From assembly GCA_030770535.1 (NCBI GenBank), contig JASVEC010000001.1, positions 124,001-188,000 of the forward strand: 64,000 bases of DNA, given 5' to 3'. Shown in pieces: positions 11,972 through 25,610 of the stretch. Numbering within the stretch: position 1 is the stretch's first letter; every line of letters begins with the position of its first letter. This DNA comes from Batkoa obscura. Its lineage: Eukaryota. The position numbers and the translations under genes were made by a program. Under the pieces are notes generated by a model, which was not told the origin of the DNA, ran no database searches, and worked only from the letters and a program-made list of their open reading frames with translations.

Positions 11972-13839
11972 TTAAATAATAAATTTTTTTTCTGAAAATA
12001 ATAAATTGTTATCATCCTTTTTAATCTCTGGTGTAATCAATTGTACCTTAACTGCCCAATCACCAGAATATTTTGAGTCTTTATTCTTTAAATTTAATTC
12101 AAATAGATTATCAAATTCTTTTACTTGAACATTATCTTTAAACCATTTAACAATAAACTTTTCTCCTTTAAATAATTCTGGTTGTTTGCGAAACTGAGCA
12201 AATTGTAAAGGAATTAATTTAACATTGACTTTACCACACTTCTTACTTACAATTAACTCATCAATAATATTTAACCTTTTAAGATATTGTAGCCAAAGGG
12301 ATTCTTTGCAAACTTTACAAAATCTAGGTGAAGTAACATTTCTCATTACACAATATTCATTTGTTGGTCGATATCTTTTAATATTATGATCATCCCATGT
12401 TGGATATAAAGAATAATTTTCACCGTTAAATTTATATTCTTCTTCTGTTCCATATTCATGTAAAGTAACTGAAGTTACCATCCTTAAAGGTCCATTTTCA
12501 GGTATTTTAGTGTTACTTGTGATACTTAATGTATGTAATCCTTTACTAAATCCTGAAGTTCCATTGAAATAATCATAAAATACTCGATCAATTGTATCAG
12601 CTGATTTCCATGGGATGGTGACATCATCAATTTTAATTGAAATACTATTTTCTTCTTTTGCGCCTGAAATACCGATTCTATAATACCAACGATTATAATT
12701 ACCGTCAGAAGTAAAATTAGTTTTAAATGTACCATTTTTTAAATTATACCATGGATATAATAACAGTCTATTAATATTACGCTCTTCTCTTAAATTAGTT
12801 GAATTTGTTAACCAATGCTTCCATTTAACTTCATTAAGATTCTTAACTTCTTCACTATTAGCTCCATAATAAGCATAGGAGTTATCATATTCATCACCAA
12901 CATCAGCAAAAGTATGACCCATTTCATGATTTAATACAACTGAACCACTACGTTTTGAGGAAGTTGATATAATAATATCTCCACCAACACCGCCATAGTG
13001 TTCATCATTAGCAATTATTACTTTATAATCACAAGCAAATTCACCAGTTAATTTACAATAATTATTTATAACATTAATTGTTTCATCAGGATAATAAATA
13101 GCTCTTAATTCTTCTCCAGGGCGATATAAAGAAAAGGCTGTATCTTTTTTAATATTAGCTTTGGTTATTCCACTATCTTTAGATTCCACATATACTGCCC
13201 AAACATTATAAATTGGGAAATAGGAACTGAATGTTACACCTTCAAATAACTTTTTAACTAAATAATTAACATCTGAAAAGAATTTTTCTTTTTCACTAAG
13301 TTGATAACCATCCCCCATGAATACAACATCAATTCGATTCTTTGGATCACCACTATTTAGTAATTTTCGAACTTCAGTAGTAGCATCAGTAGAACGAGTA
13401 ACTAGGGAATGTTTATTCACAGCTTCTGATGAACTAGTATATAAATCCATTATAGGCAAACTACCACATACTTTAAATAACTCTTGTTTAATATTACTTT
13501 CATTGATAGTAATAATAGTAATTAAATCTACATTTAAATTATCTATTAATTGAGTTCCTTTTTCAATATGACCTAATTTCCCTTTCTTTACAATTGTTGG
13601 TGTATTTTCATTAAGTCCATGATATTGTTGTACTTCTCCATCAGAAATAATTTTGCAATAATCTTCATAACGTATTACTTTAGTTTCATAATAGTTAACT
13701 TCATTAGTTGAAGTACTAAATAGTATTAAAATTCAAGTTAATGAGAGTAATAGTTTAATAAGAGAAATGAAAATTACCTTTGTCCTTTAACAAAGATTAA
13801 GTGAGTTAGTAACAATAAAGAATTAAAAAAGAATTTCAT
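11972..13839 (-). CDS. Secreted zinc metallopeptidase, family M64 (IgA peptidase-like), 2 exons, 601 aa
   Basis: Exon 1 13839-13778 encodes a signal-peptide-like MKFFFNSLLLLTHLIFVKG; GT-AG intron 13777-13716 keeps frame. Motifs SGDPKNRIDVVFMGDGY, HEMGHTFADVGDEY, CVMR...FCKVCKE. Confidence 0.88.
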
Positions 13840-14509
13840 TTTTTTGTTGACATAATATTAAGTAAAAGCTTTGTCACTTTTATTTATACTATTCATAGTT
13901 TTAAATTTCTCAAATTAGTTATTCTTATTTATCATTTACTGAAATTTAAATTCTATCACATTATCAAGAAATCCATTAAATTAAAACCATAATTCAGCTA
14001 AATTCTAATCAACTGATATTAATTCTATTCAATCTAAAATTATATCAAATAGGAAAATATTTCATTCTCATAATTATTAATACATCATTTTACATGTTCT
14101 TTAAATGTCAATAATGTTCTATTTATTAAATACCATGACTTAATGAATGAGTACTTGGATGCCATTATTACGCTACTTTTTATGCATCTATATTTTTGAG
14201 ATTCCTTAAAACTTCAAAGTCAGAACCTTTGGGCTTTATATTTTCATTACACTAATCAACTAACAAATTTTCAACTATAAAAGCTTCAATAAAAGAATAT
14301 CAAAAAATAATACTCTTTTCAATTATAGAATAATGAATAATTGTTATGATCAGTTTAATTACAACTAATCTTTGGAGTCAACTTCTAAAAATTTATCGAT
14401 TATTTCTATCTTCTCAAACAAAATATATTTCATTCTCTATAATTACTACTTTAATCATTTACCAATGTTCTTTTAAATTATTAAAAAATAATGTTCCGTT
14501 TATTGATAA

Positions 14510-14610
14510 GGGGATCTTTTTTGATTTCATCACTTTTCCATTTTTTAAGCGCTATTTAATTTAAACAGAAAGATTGTTAATAAAATTCTTAAACAAAAAA
14601 ATACATCCTC
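14510..14610 (-). mobile_element. ~99-bp MITE
   Basis: Reverse copy GGGGATC...CATCCTC, flanks ATAA/ATAT. Confidence 0.85.
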
Positions 14611-17379
14611 ATATGATGACAACAAATGAGCATTACAGTTGCTTTGTTGACACTCTTATATGTTGATATAATAGACTTTTTTTAAAACTAGTTTTTATGA
14701 TAGAGATAGAAAGCTCTTTAAGCTTTAAGAATTTAAAGCATGGAAACCTTGGAAAACACAAAAGGTGAAGGGTATTCGAAAGAAGAGCGATGAATGAGAT
14801 GGTGCAAAAGAGGATCTGGGATAATCTGGTTTAAAAAATAGCGTTGAACAGTTTCAGTGTTAATTTTTTAATTTTTAAACCAAAAATTGGACAAAATACA
14901 ATTGAAAAATGATTTAATTTTTTTTATTTAATGTTGAAAAACTAGCAGGCTATCTTATTAGATTTTTTTTCAAATAATATTGAAAAAAATTGATTAACTA
15001 ATTTCTATCATATTAATACTTTTCACTTCTAATATAGATAATTTTTTATAAAAGTTTAATACATTTTATTTGAATAACAATTTCTATTTTACTAAAAAAC
15101 AAAATATCATCCCATAAAAAACAAAGCAGGTTACAGTTAAATATTGCTCACTGTTCTTTGAGTTAATTTTTTTTAATATGAATTAAAAGGTCAAGCTTTT
15201 TTATGTCATTGAATTTATATTAACACAACTACAAACTAAAAGCAACGAAAAATATTTAACTGAAAGCTATTTTAATTTGTTTTACTAAAATAATTAATAA
15301 ACATCATTGATTACAACAGTAATATAAATTTTTATTCAAAAGCGAAACTTATTTAGTCTAAAATTTTTTTACCAATGTTATTCTACACCCTTACCGCAAA
15401 TCTTTAGTTATAAAGTTGAGGGTAAAAAAAAATTTTCATAATTGTATAGTGTTACTCTTGTCCTTTTACTATTCCTATTTTCTTAGTTTAGTTAATTTAC
15501 ATTCGATTGTTTTTATAAATGTCTACTTGAAATTTACACATTTTCAAAACCTTAATACATAGTTTATATTAACTTTTTAAATTCATCAAAATTTAATAAA
15601 TTCAATTTAATAATTTAATTCAATAAATAATCAAATAAATAGAATTTCAATCCTACGGTTCTAATAAAAAAATTAAATAACAGTTATTATTTCATTTTAT
15701 AATACTAATTTATTACTCATTCAAAATACTTTTGTTATTATTTTATTTTATAATGCCAATTTATTAAAATCTTAATTCTTTATTCACAGCTATAAATTGA
15801 TTATTACTAATATAAATAAATACAGGTATACTGGTAGCACGTTGACTACACGATAAGAGATAAAGGGATATGTTAACTCTTAATCAAAAGAATAAAATTA
15901 CAATATTCAAACCAAGCTTACTTTAATATATATGAATATATTCAAATTAAAATCTATAAAATTAATTTAAATTGAATTAATATTCAAGTATTTAATAAGC
16001 TAATAATATCAGTAAACAAGCTTTTTAATTATGAAATCGTTTATATTTACTAAGTTCCACTAAATCTAAAATTCAACTTTCTAATTTATTTTATTATTAA
16101 AAGGTTATCATTAAGCTAGATTTAGCCTAAAGTAACCTTAGTAAATAATAATATCAAACAGATTGTTTAGTTTGACAATACTAAGATTAATTGAATTTAA
16201 AAATTTTGATTCAATTTCCGAATTAAAAAATCAAAAATCTTATGAATAATGTGAAAGTTATAATTAATTGAAATCAACTATAACATTTCATACTCTATAC
16301 TTTGAAATTATAAATCAATTGCTAACATCGAGCTAATGAGTTATCATATTACCAAAGAGAGCATTATCTATTGTATTGATTTGTCAAAACATACAGTTAA
16401 AATATTACCAATCAACTCCATGACTAGAAGATTCTCGCTTTGAATTTTGCAATGGATGGAAAGAATTTGCGAAATTTTAATTATCCCAAGTTATCCTTCA
16501 TCTTAAAAAATGATGTCATCTTCAATTGAAATAGTAACAAATAAGGGATTGGTGATGTTATTATTGGGCAATAATGATCTTTTATGATGATTTAAGATAT
16601 TGAAATTTATTAGGTAGTGAGTATCAATTAATGAAAATATTCAACCTTTCAAAGGCTTAAAAACATAGTAAGTTTAATGAATAATAAGTTATTGAGTGGA
16701 GATTTTCATTAAAAATATCAACAATCAAGTGGACTTGAAGTGAGAAAATTTACCCGATTTACTGCATTTAAAATTTCCTAAAGTAATAAAATGGTAGAAA
16801 TAAGTATAATATTATTAGTTTATTATTTCATAACTAATTTAAAATTGTCAATAAATCTCTTTTTTAATATTCACTTTAAGCAAAATGTTTTTATTTTAAA
16901 CCCAACCTTCATTTTATTTTCATCTTCAAATTTCTCATTCATGAAACATAACTGCTATATTTATACTTTATAGGCTTAAAGTGATTTTTATACATTAGAA
17001 AAGTTAAAATTCCGCTTTATTTGATTCGTGTTTTTATTAGAAATGTTTTAACATTGGTTAACTGATTCAAGTCATGACTAGCATTTCTAAATATAAACGT
17101 TAGTGGCCTGAGTATTTTGGCCAATCAATTAAGATTATTACCCTTATTTTTAGGTTTTATTTGATAATTACAGATCACTTTTTCAAATGTTATTTGATGA
17201 AATTTAACTAAGTTTGAAACTTTATTTGGAAATGAAGTGGTGAGTCATTGTGAATATAAATAGGTGCCAATTTCTCCTTAAATAAAATTTTCAAATTTAA
17301 CACTCTCGAACATATTTAGAATTTATATATAACTTTCACTTATTTATATAAAACGTTTTATAAACTATAATAAAATAAA

Positions 17380-18608
17380 ATGATAAAAAGAACAAATAAT
17401 ATACATCAACTAAAACAATGGGTTATGATTAATCGACGTAGCTTTCAATCCACTTCAACAAGGCAAACCTTTTTACCTCGTAGATGGTTGGTAAGTTATT
17501 TATTGAAGTTGATTTAATATTCATAACTAATAAATTATAGACTTCAGAAGCTGGAAAACCACACAAGTGTGCTATCTTATTCCCGGGTCAAGGCTCCCAA
17601 TATATTGGTATGGGTAAAGATTTTTATGATAATTATCAATCTGCAAGGGATATCTATCACGAAGTTGATGAAGCTTTGAAATTTAAATTATCTGAGTTAA
17701 TCTTCGAAGGAGATTGTAATAAGCTTAAATTAACTGAAAATGCTCAACCAGCTATATTAACTACATCAATCGCTATTTTAAATGTACTTCAAAAAGAGTT
17801 TGGGTTTGATTTAAAAGAACAAGCTAACTTTGCACTTGGCCATTCTCTTGGTGAATTTTCAGCTCTTGTAGCAACAAACTCTATCAAATTAAGTGATGCT
17901 GCTCGATTGGTACGTATCCGTGGTAAAGCTATGCAAAACTGTGTTGCTGAACAAAATCGTGATGTTTTAATGAGTGCTTTAATATTATCAAAGAATAGAT
18001 TAAGAGATTTGGAAGATGCTATGATAACAATACGTTCTCAACTTGCTGATGGAGAAGTAGCTGAAATTGCTAATATTAATTCTAATTTACAATCTGTCAT
18101 ATCTGGTACGAGGGAGGGTGTTAATTTTGCTTCCCAAGAACTTAAAAGAATGAAGATAGCTACACGTGCTGTTGATTTACCTGTTTCAGCCCCTTTTCAT
18201 TGTAGTTTAATGCAACCATCTCGTGTCACCTTTGAAGAAGCATTAAATAAGATTGAAATTCAACAACCTAACATCCCAGTTATTTTTGGAGCTACTGGTA
18301 AACCAATCGATACAGGAGCCAAAGACCAAATATATATTATTAAACAGTTATTAAGTCATCAAATTGATAGTACTGTTCAATGGCATTATTCTATTCAATA
18401 TTGTAAACAAAATGGTGTAGATCGATTTATTGCCATTGGTCCTAGTAAAGTATTAGGTAATTTAGCACGTAAAGATTATCCTTTAGATTGGATAAGATGT
18501 GTTTCTACCGTTTCAGAATGTGAAAGTGAATTTGGTATGAATAGTAAAGCCTCTTCTAATATTAGTGAAACTAAATTAGACACCAAGAAATTACAAGCCC
18601 AATTATAG
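17380..18608 (+). CDS. MCT1: Mitochondrial malonyl-CoA:ACP transacylase (FabD/MCAT), 2 exons, 392 aa
   Basis: Exon 1 17380-17490 is an Arg/Ser/Thr-rich presequence; intron 17491-17540. Motifs FPGQGSQ, TENAQPAI, GHSLGE, VSAPFH. Confidence 0.92.
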
Positions 18609-21236
18609 TGTAAATAGGAATGTTTGGAAGCTATGATATCGACGTAGATAATTCATAACTTAACTTTTTTATGATGTCTTCTCTTAAAATTATTTTTAAT
18701 GTTTTTTTTTTAATATGGTTCAATTATAGACCATTTTTATTCTACTGCTAATCTAAATTTGTGTATTTTTTTCTAATAAAATTTATTTAAACTTTATTTT
18801 GTTTATTTTTAAATTTATTAAGGCTTATTATGTAATTTTAGATATAAAACAATGTTACTTTTTTAAAGATTAGTTTTAGTTTTCATAAATGTCAATCATA
18901 GTGTAAATATGAAATCCTTGCTAAGTTTAGGATTTAAACTCCAGCTTTATTAGATTTTGGATTTGCCCATTTTTATAGAAAGTTGCTTGATTCAAACGGT
19001 TTAAAATTAAAGTCTCATTTTAGAAAATAAATTACTACAGCTTTAATTTCAATGTGATGTTTCTTTACATAGCTTGAAGTTATATATGAAAAATTCATTA
19101 AACTAAATCAGTAGATTAAAAGCATTTTATAATTGATTGCAACAAGAGATCCTTTCTATATCTAAAAGTTAAGAATTTATTTAAACTTCATCTCGTTACA
19201 AGTTGTAATATATTTATTCCATATAAGATGTAAAAGTTGTGGTATTAAAAAGATGAAAAAAAATAAAAAAAACAGGTACAAAGTTATAGTGGTTTTCCTA
19301 AACTATATAAGCAAATCTGAAGCTCTAGTTGTATATTTTGAACCTAAAGCTCGCCCTAAAAGTCGAACCCATAGTCTTTAATATATTTTTTAAATAAAAT
19401 AAAAATATACTTGTGATTACATGTTTTTTTACAATATAAACAAGTTATAAAAAGTAATAAAGATTATTTAAATTATTTAAAAAATCCTGCTTTTTTAAAA
19501 TACGTTTTTTACTAATAATAATAATAATAATAATTTAATAATAAGAAATTTAAAATTAAAAACTAAACAATATGTATAATCTTAAAAATAATTCAACAGT
19601 TTTATAAAATTTAATGTTTAAAGCTTGGTTGTCTTTTTATTAGTTGTAAAAAGCTGAAAATCCAAAAAAAAATTTATAAAAATTTACTAAAAAAGTGTGT
19701 AAATATAAAAAAAAATTAATAAATGTAAAATTATACTAATAATAATAATAATAAAATATAAAGAAAGTAAATATTTATATCAAAATATTATTTAATATAG
19801 CCAAAAAAATAAAAAATATTTCATAATAAAAAACTGGAAATATAAAATATAAAATATAAAATTTAGTTATATAATAAAACATTATATTTTTAAGTAAAAA
19901 TAATTATTATACATAACATTATGATTTTAAATAAAGCTGATAATCAATAAAGTTTAAGTTATGTAATTAAAATAAACTATAGCTTATAAGCATAAAACGT
20001 AATAAAAAATAAGTTATATAGAATATTATAAATATTTTATATTTATTAACAAACTATATAAAATAATAAAAACAAATGTAGCTAAAAAAACAAAATAATA
20101 TGTATAAGTTTTAATATAAAAAAAATATACAATAACATTTAAATAATTAAAATATAAATTACAAAGTTAGCTTTTATAGCTTATATTATTTTACTAAGCC
20201 ATTTAAATTTATTGGAAATTTAAGTTAATTTTAAAACTTTTTGTGACCTTCATAATTTTAAAGCTATTGTAACAGCTTGTTTATTTAAAAAGAAATGGTA
20301 ATAGCTGATACAGTAATATTTAATATTATAAAGATAAATAAATTATCATAAGACTTATTTTTTATACCAATTAGTTAGATTTTATTTTAAGATTAATTTC
20401 ATTAATATTTATAATGTAACAGAAAAAATTCCGATGTGGTGCCATTGTAGATAAATTTTGGTTTATAGCTACTAATAGGTTGTTTATACTTTTTGATATG
20501 CTAAATACAAATAACTAGCCATTAGTAAATGGACTATTTAAAGGCAGAAGGTACACCTAAAGCTGGAAACTTAAAATATATAAAGTTAAAACTTATATTA
20601 AATTGAATTGCATTATTTAGAAAGTTGAGCTAGAAACGATTAATCAGATAACTTAATTTATAATGTTATGAGCAAATTATTCTAATTTTTAATTATAATT
20701 ATGTAGGCCTTATAGCTTGGTTTATAACATTAATTAACATTAAAAATAGCAGTAGATGGTAGATAAGATACAACAAAAACGAAAATATTATAAAAAATTA
20801 AACTATAAGATTTAAACAAGAAAAATCAGATTCAAATGCTTTATTAACATTAGCATATTCTTTAACTTGTTATAAAAAATGCTAAAGAATTATTTATACA
20901 AACCTGTGTACCTATTGCTATATTTTTTGGCATAAAACAGACAAATATATTAATTAGTAGCTCTTTTAAGCGATAAGAATTAAACCTTTCAACAAAATAT
21001 CCACTAGCAGCTCCTACTATGGCGATATACAAAAATAAGTTTATGCTGGTTAATTTTTCATCATTTTATTAATATTTAAAGAGTTACAAAGTATCTTTCT
21101 GTTAATTATGTTAAATATTGTAAATAGTCAGTTTTATTTATAAAAAAAACAAACTATATTAATTAAGTACCGATTGTATAAGTTACAATTATTTAAAATT
21201 GACTAAAGTGTAAACTCGCGCTTGTCCATTGCTATA

Positions 21237-21880
21237 TCACCTTCTTAAAAATGCTTTAATCTCCTCTTGGAACTTTATCGCTTCACGTTTAATCCCAGCA
21301 TGTAAAAACAAAATTAACTCAGTATTAGCAAAAAAGCCAAGATCAAAAATGAGGAATGCAATTATATGAAGGATATTGGTAGCATTACTGAACCTTGCTT
21401 TGTTCAAATAATTCAATGTCGTTTCAATAAGATGGCAATATAAAGTGGTAGATCTACGCATGAAGGTACTAGCTGTTGCACATACAATCAACAGTGTGAA
21501 GAAAAAGAATGAGTTGAAAAGTAAAATCCAAAAAACTACCATTATTGCTTTGATATTCTTAAAAATCAATATACGTTCAATAACCAAAAAGGCATTGAGT
21601 AAGGCTTGAAAATAAACAATAAGGCCATATAAAAAGCCATTGACAGTGTATCCAGTGGCACTAAAGATCATTTTTTCATCGTTTGCTTGAGTATAGATGT
21701 AATTAATTATCAATAATATTGGGCTTAAGAGTTCTAAACTAGCGACGAAATGGTGAGTTTAATGTCGCTCCTTTTGATTGAAATTCGTGTTGAAAATAGT
21801 AGCAATAATAAACAGCCGATGACAGTAAATGCACTAAATATTATTGTATCAATATAATATTCAGCACAATTTATTTGAAA
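21237..21880 (-). pseudogene. 7TM family 2 array copy 1, pseudogene
   Basis: Retains VIERIL and LILFLHAGIKREA, but YCHL is joined directly to IETTLNYL (two TM segments deleted); N-terminal frameshift and no ATG. Confidence 0.85.
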
Positions 21881-23020
21881 ATTATAATTGTTTTTTAAAA
21901 AGCTACTCTATTATTTATATTATTTATATATTTCTATTCAACTGTTTGGATAATAAATGATCCACTAGTTGGCCCTTTGGATACCCAGATTTTCAAAGAA
22001 TTCCAACCAAATCATAGTTTTTAAAAGAACTGGGCCAAATTGGTAAAGACAAGTTTGCTATGATTGAACTTCGGCATAAAAAATAAGGCAAGCCTAGCTC
22101 GTCATGTTTAATTTAACGTAAGAAAAGTGGACAAGTCTAGCCCATCTGTAGTACTCAATGTGCTAAGTTTATTTTATGACTATTTTTTATAATATAATTT
22201 ATCTATTATACTTAAAGTCTTTGTTCAGCTAAAGTCTAAGTATGAGCATTGGTAAGGCCAAAGGGGATACCATTTGTTGAAGAGAACTTGCTTGTTAAAG
22301 TACAGTCGATCAGGCTTCTAGCCCTGGAACCAATAAATTTTATAATTCTAGTTGGTAACTTAATAACAAAATTTATCTTTATTAAAAAGCTCAAACTTAT
22401 ATTAAAAATCAAGAATTTTGCATGAATTTTATAAATTACAAAACAAAATACAAATTGTAACAGACCTGAAGCTATTACAAATAGAGTAATTGTGAGGCTG
22501 TAACAAACTGACTAACCAGCTTTATGGTTAATTGTATTTATTTTTTTAACCTACATAAAGCCATCTAAATACATTAATGATTGTTATCATCCAAATGAAA
22601 GTAACCGCAAAACATAAAAGCAGTAGCATTTAAATTAACAAATGCCTATCAACAAGATTTTAATTTGCTTTGAAAATGCTACATACATAAAACTCGTGGA
22701 TATAGATATTTAAATATTATAACTTAACTTAAAAACTACAGGTTAGTAAAAAATAGTAGTAAAAAGTATTTAGTTGAACTTTGAATGCTCAAAATCACAT
22801 TGTCAAATTTAATAAAAATTATCGAAACAAATGCTACATCAACGCTAGTATTTATTTTAATAAATTACAAAAAACCTTTGAGAGTTATTTATAGAAGCAT
22901 TTGTACTTATCGCTATATTTCATATATAGCATAAACATGCTAAGCATATAACTAGCAGCCTATTTAAATCACTAAGGATAAAAATTTTTAACAAAATATA
23001 CAACATCAAACCGTTAATTA

Positions 23021-23920
23021 TCATTTTTTGAAAAATTGTTTTATCTGGTCTTGAAATTCCTTGGCTTCATGCCTAATCCCAGTATGTAGAAATAATATCA
23101 ACGTATAATTAGCAAAAAATCCCAAACTATAAAAAATAAGTGCAATGAATTGAAGAAAATCAGTGACATTTCCAAATCCTTCTATAGCCAAATAGTTTAA
23201 TGTTGTTTCAATAAAAAGCAGGACGTTTCCAACAAGCATCGATATTCCATACATTGACAAACTTATATAGGTCTTAATGATAGCAACTTGAAGATCTTTA
23301 TCTGTCGCTTTATGACCAGAGTTCAATTGAATTTCGCTTTCCCGTACTTTTCGAAACCCACTCGCTTTCTTAGATATCTGATGATAATAATAGGTTATTA
23401 TAATTACCCCACCAAAGCAATCAAGATCTCTAAAAAAACGGGTAAAAGTAGCCAAGGGAAATGTTTTCACGCCAATACGACACGAAAAATTGGTAGCTGA
23501 ACGTATAAAGGTACCAGTTGTCGCACACGCAATTAGAAGGGCCAAGTAAATAGTTGAGCCAATAGATAAGACCCAAAAAGCTGCCCTTATTACCATATAC
23601 TTTTTAAATATCAATACATGCTCAATGACCAACAAAGAATTGAATATAACCTCAAAGTAGAAGATGAAAGTATAAAAAAAGCCGCTGATCATACATCCAA
23701 TGGAATTGAATATCATCTTTTCATCAGCTAGTCGAGTGTAGATAGAATCCGCTATTATCAAGATTGGTATTAAGAGTCCCAAATTGGCAATTATAGTGAT
23801 GAGCTTAACCTCATTATTTTTGATTAATATCCGCGTTGCAAATAATAGTAATAAGAAACACGTAATGACGACAAATACATTAAATATTATTATGGGGATG
23901 TAGAAGATATAGTTATTTAT
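23021..23920 (-). CDS. 7TM family 2 array copy 2, class-A-GPCR-like; homologous start codon is ATA
   Basis: Open frame paralogous to neighbours. The position matching their ATG reads ATA (23918-23920); in-frame ATG at 23962. Confidence 0.7.
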   Translation of the reverse strand: MNNYIFYIPIIIFNVFVVITCFLLLLFATRILIKNNEVKLITIIANLGLLIPILIIADSIYTRLADEKMIFNSIGCMISGFFYTFIFYFEVIFNSLLVIEHVLIFKKYMVIRAAFWVLSIGSTIYLALLIACATTGTFIRSATNFSCRIGVKTFPLATFTRFFRDLDCFGGVIIITYYYHQISKKASGFRKVRESEIQLNSGHKATDKDLQVAIIKTYISLSMYGISMLVGNVLLFIETTLNYLAIEGFGNVTDFLQFIALIFYSLGFFANYTLILFLHTGIRHEAKEFQDQIKQFFKK

Positions 23921-25610
23921 TTTAAAACTAAAAAAACTGAAAAAACAGTTCCTTATTATCATTTATATACAGATCCCTTTTGGTTTTTTGTGCATTTTTA
24001 TGCAACAAAGAAGTTATTAGGTCATTCACTATGTTTCAACATTCTTTCATGGGCTTTAAAAGTAATAACTATTGGTTAAAGCAGTAGATGTTTTTTTATT
24101 TCAAAAATAAAATCATTTTTAAGTAAATTCTTACTAGTGTCGCAGTGATTTATCTTAGCCTGTTCTTATTTGGGTTAAAGCGTGATGAAACTACTGAACG
24201 ACCTAATAAAAATTTTATTTAAATCCTTTAGACAAAAAAAAGCATACCCCTTCTTTTTTATTTAACTTTTCGAATAGCAGGTTATTTATTATTTAGGTTT
24301 ATCTCGTAATTATTGCTTTAAGAATATAGTTTGTTTATTATGCCTAAGAACCTCCTCTCAGTTAAGGTCTGGCTTCAAGTCTTTGTAGAGCTAAATGGGA
24401 GATTACTTATCGAAGAACCTGTTAGTTAATTGCACTTAAGGAAGTTTTTAAACATGAAGCAGTTCGATTTTATTATCTTAGAAAAAACTCTGATAAAAGA
24501 AATCAATTCTTTAAATTTTTTTTAAATAATCTTTTATTAGCAGTCTTTTTAAATTTGCCATCAAACTGCTCATTTTATATAAAGGTTATAAATAAAACCA
24601 AATTGCAAATTTTAGCGGATCCTCAACCATTAATTATTGACCATATGCGAATCTTTATTTACAAAAACCTTTAACAAATTCCAACAAACTTAACTTATCG
24701 CTGATAAAAGTGTTAAACTATTACATGTCAGCTTCAAAGCTATAGAACTATTAAAAGATAAAAATGAGCATGATTGTTGGAAAAACTCAACTAATCAACC
24801 TCCTAGCATTTTCACAGTAATTGAACAGTTTTTATATAATATGGTTACATATTTGAGCAAATAGATTAACTGAAAGCATCAAAACTCAGCAAAATATTAG
24901 ATGTGAATGGCAAAAAATTAATGTGTCAATTATATTATGAAGGATAACAAGAAACAACAAATCCTTATGTTTTTAAATTTTTAGAGGTTTAATAGAATTT
25001 TAGATTAGCTTGTTTAAAAATATTGTGTAATAATTTCAATTTTATTGAATTTTATTTCATTAATTTAATTAACTATCTACCCAACTCGAGAATTTATGTT
25101 ATACTGAAAAATCTAATCCTTTTAAAATGTGTATACTCTATTATTTTTATCTTATTGGAACATACATAATAGCTTTTTAAATACAATATTTTTAATTATC
25201 TGGATGGAAATAATCGCAAAACACAGAAGATAATAACTTCAAACGATAAAACCTAATTTATAGGCATTTAATCTACTATAAGAATACTAAAAATAAAAAC
25301 AAAAATAATGATTGTTTAAACAGTGTAAAAAAATTATAAAGCAAAATGATTAAAAAAACAGTAATTGATAGGCAAAATGTTTAGATACTTCAAATACTCT
25401 AAAGTATAAATTATCAAATCTGAGAAAAGCTAGGATTAAATTGTTATGTTAATAAGGGTATTTATTTTAATCGAGTATGAAAAGCTAAAAATGAATTATA
25501 AAAGTCATTTTTCTAATCATCATGTTTTATTGAACATAAAACTGTTAAGCATATTAATTACCAATTCCTCCAATAAAATACTTTACATTGATACCATCAC
25601 CATCGCTTAT

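Noticed and set aside
19400..20400. Extremely AT-rich tract as centromere, origin or RIP-mutated transposon (similar tract at 55800-56400)
   Set aside because: No recognisable repeat unit or coding remnant; composition alone is not evidence in such an AT-rich genome.
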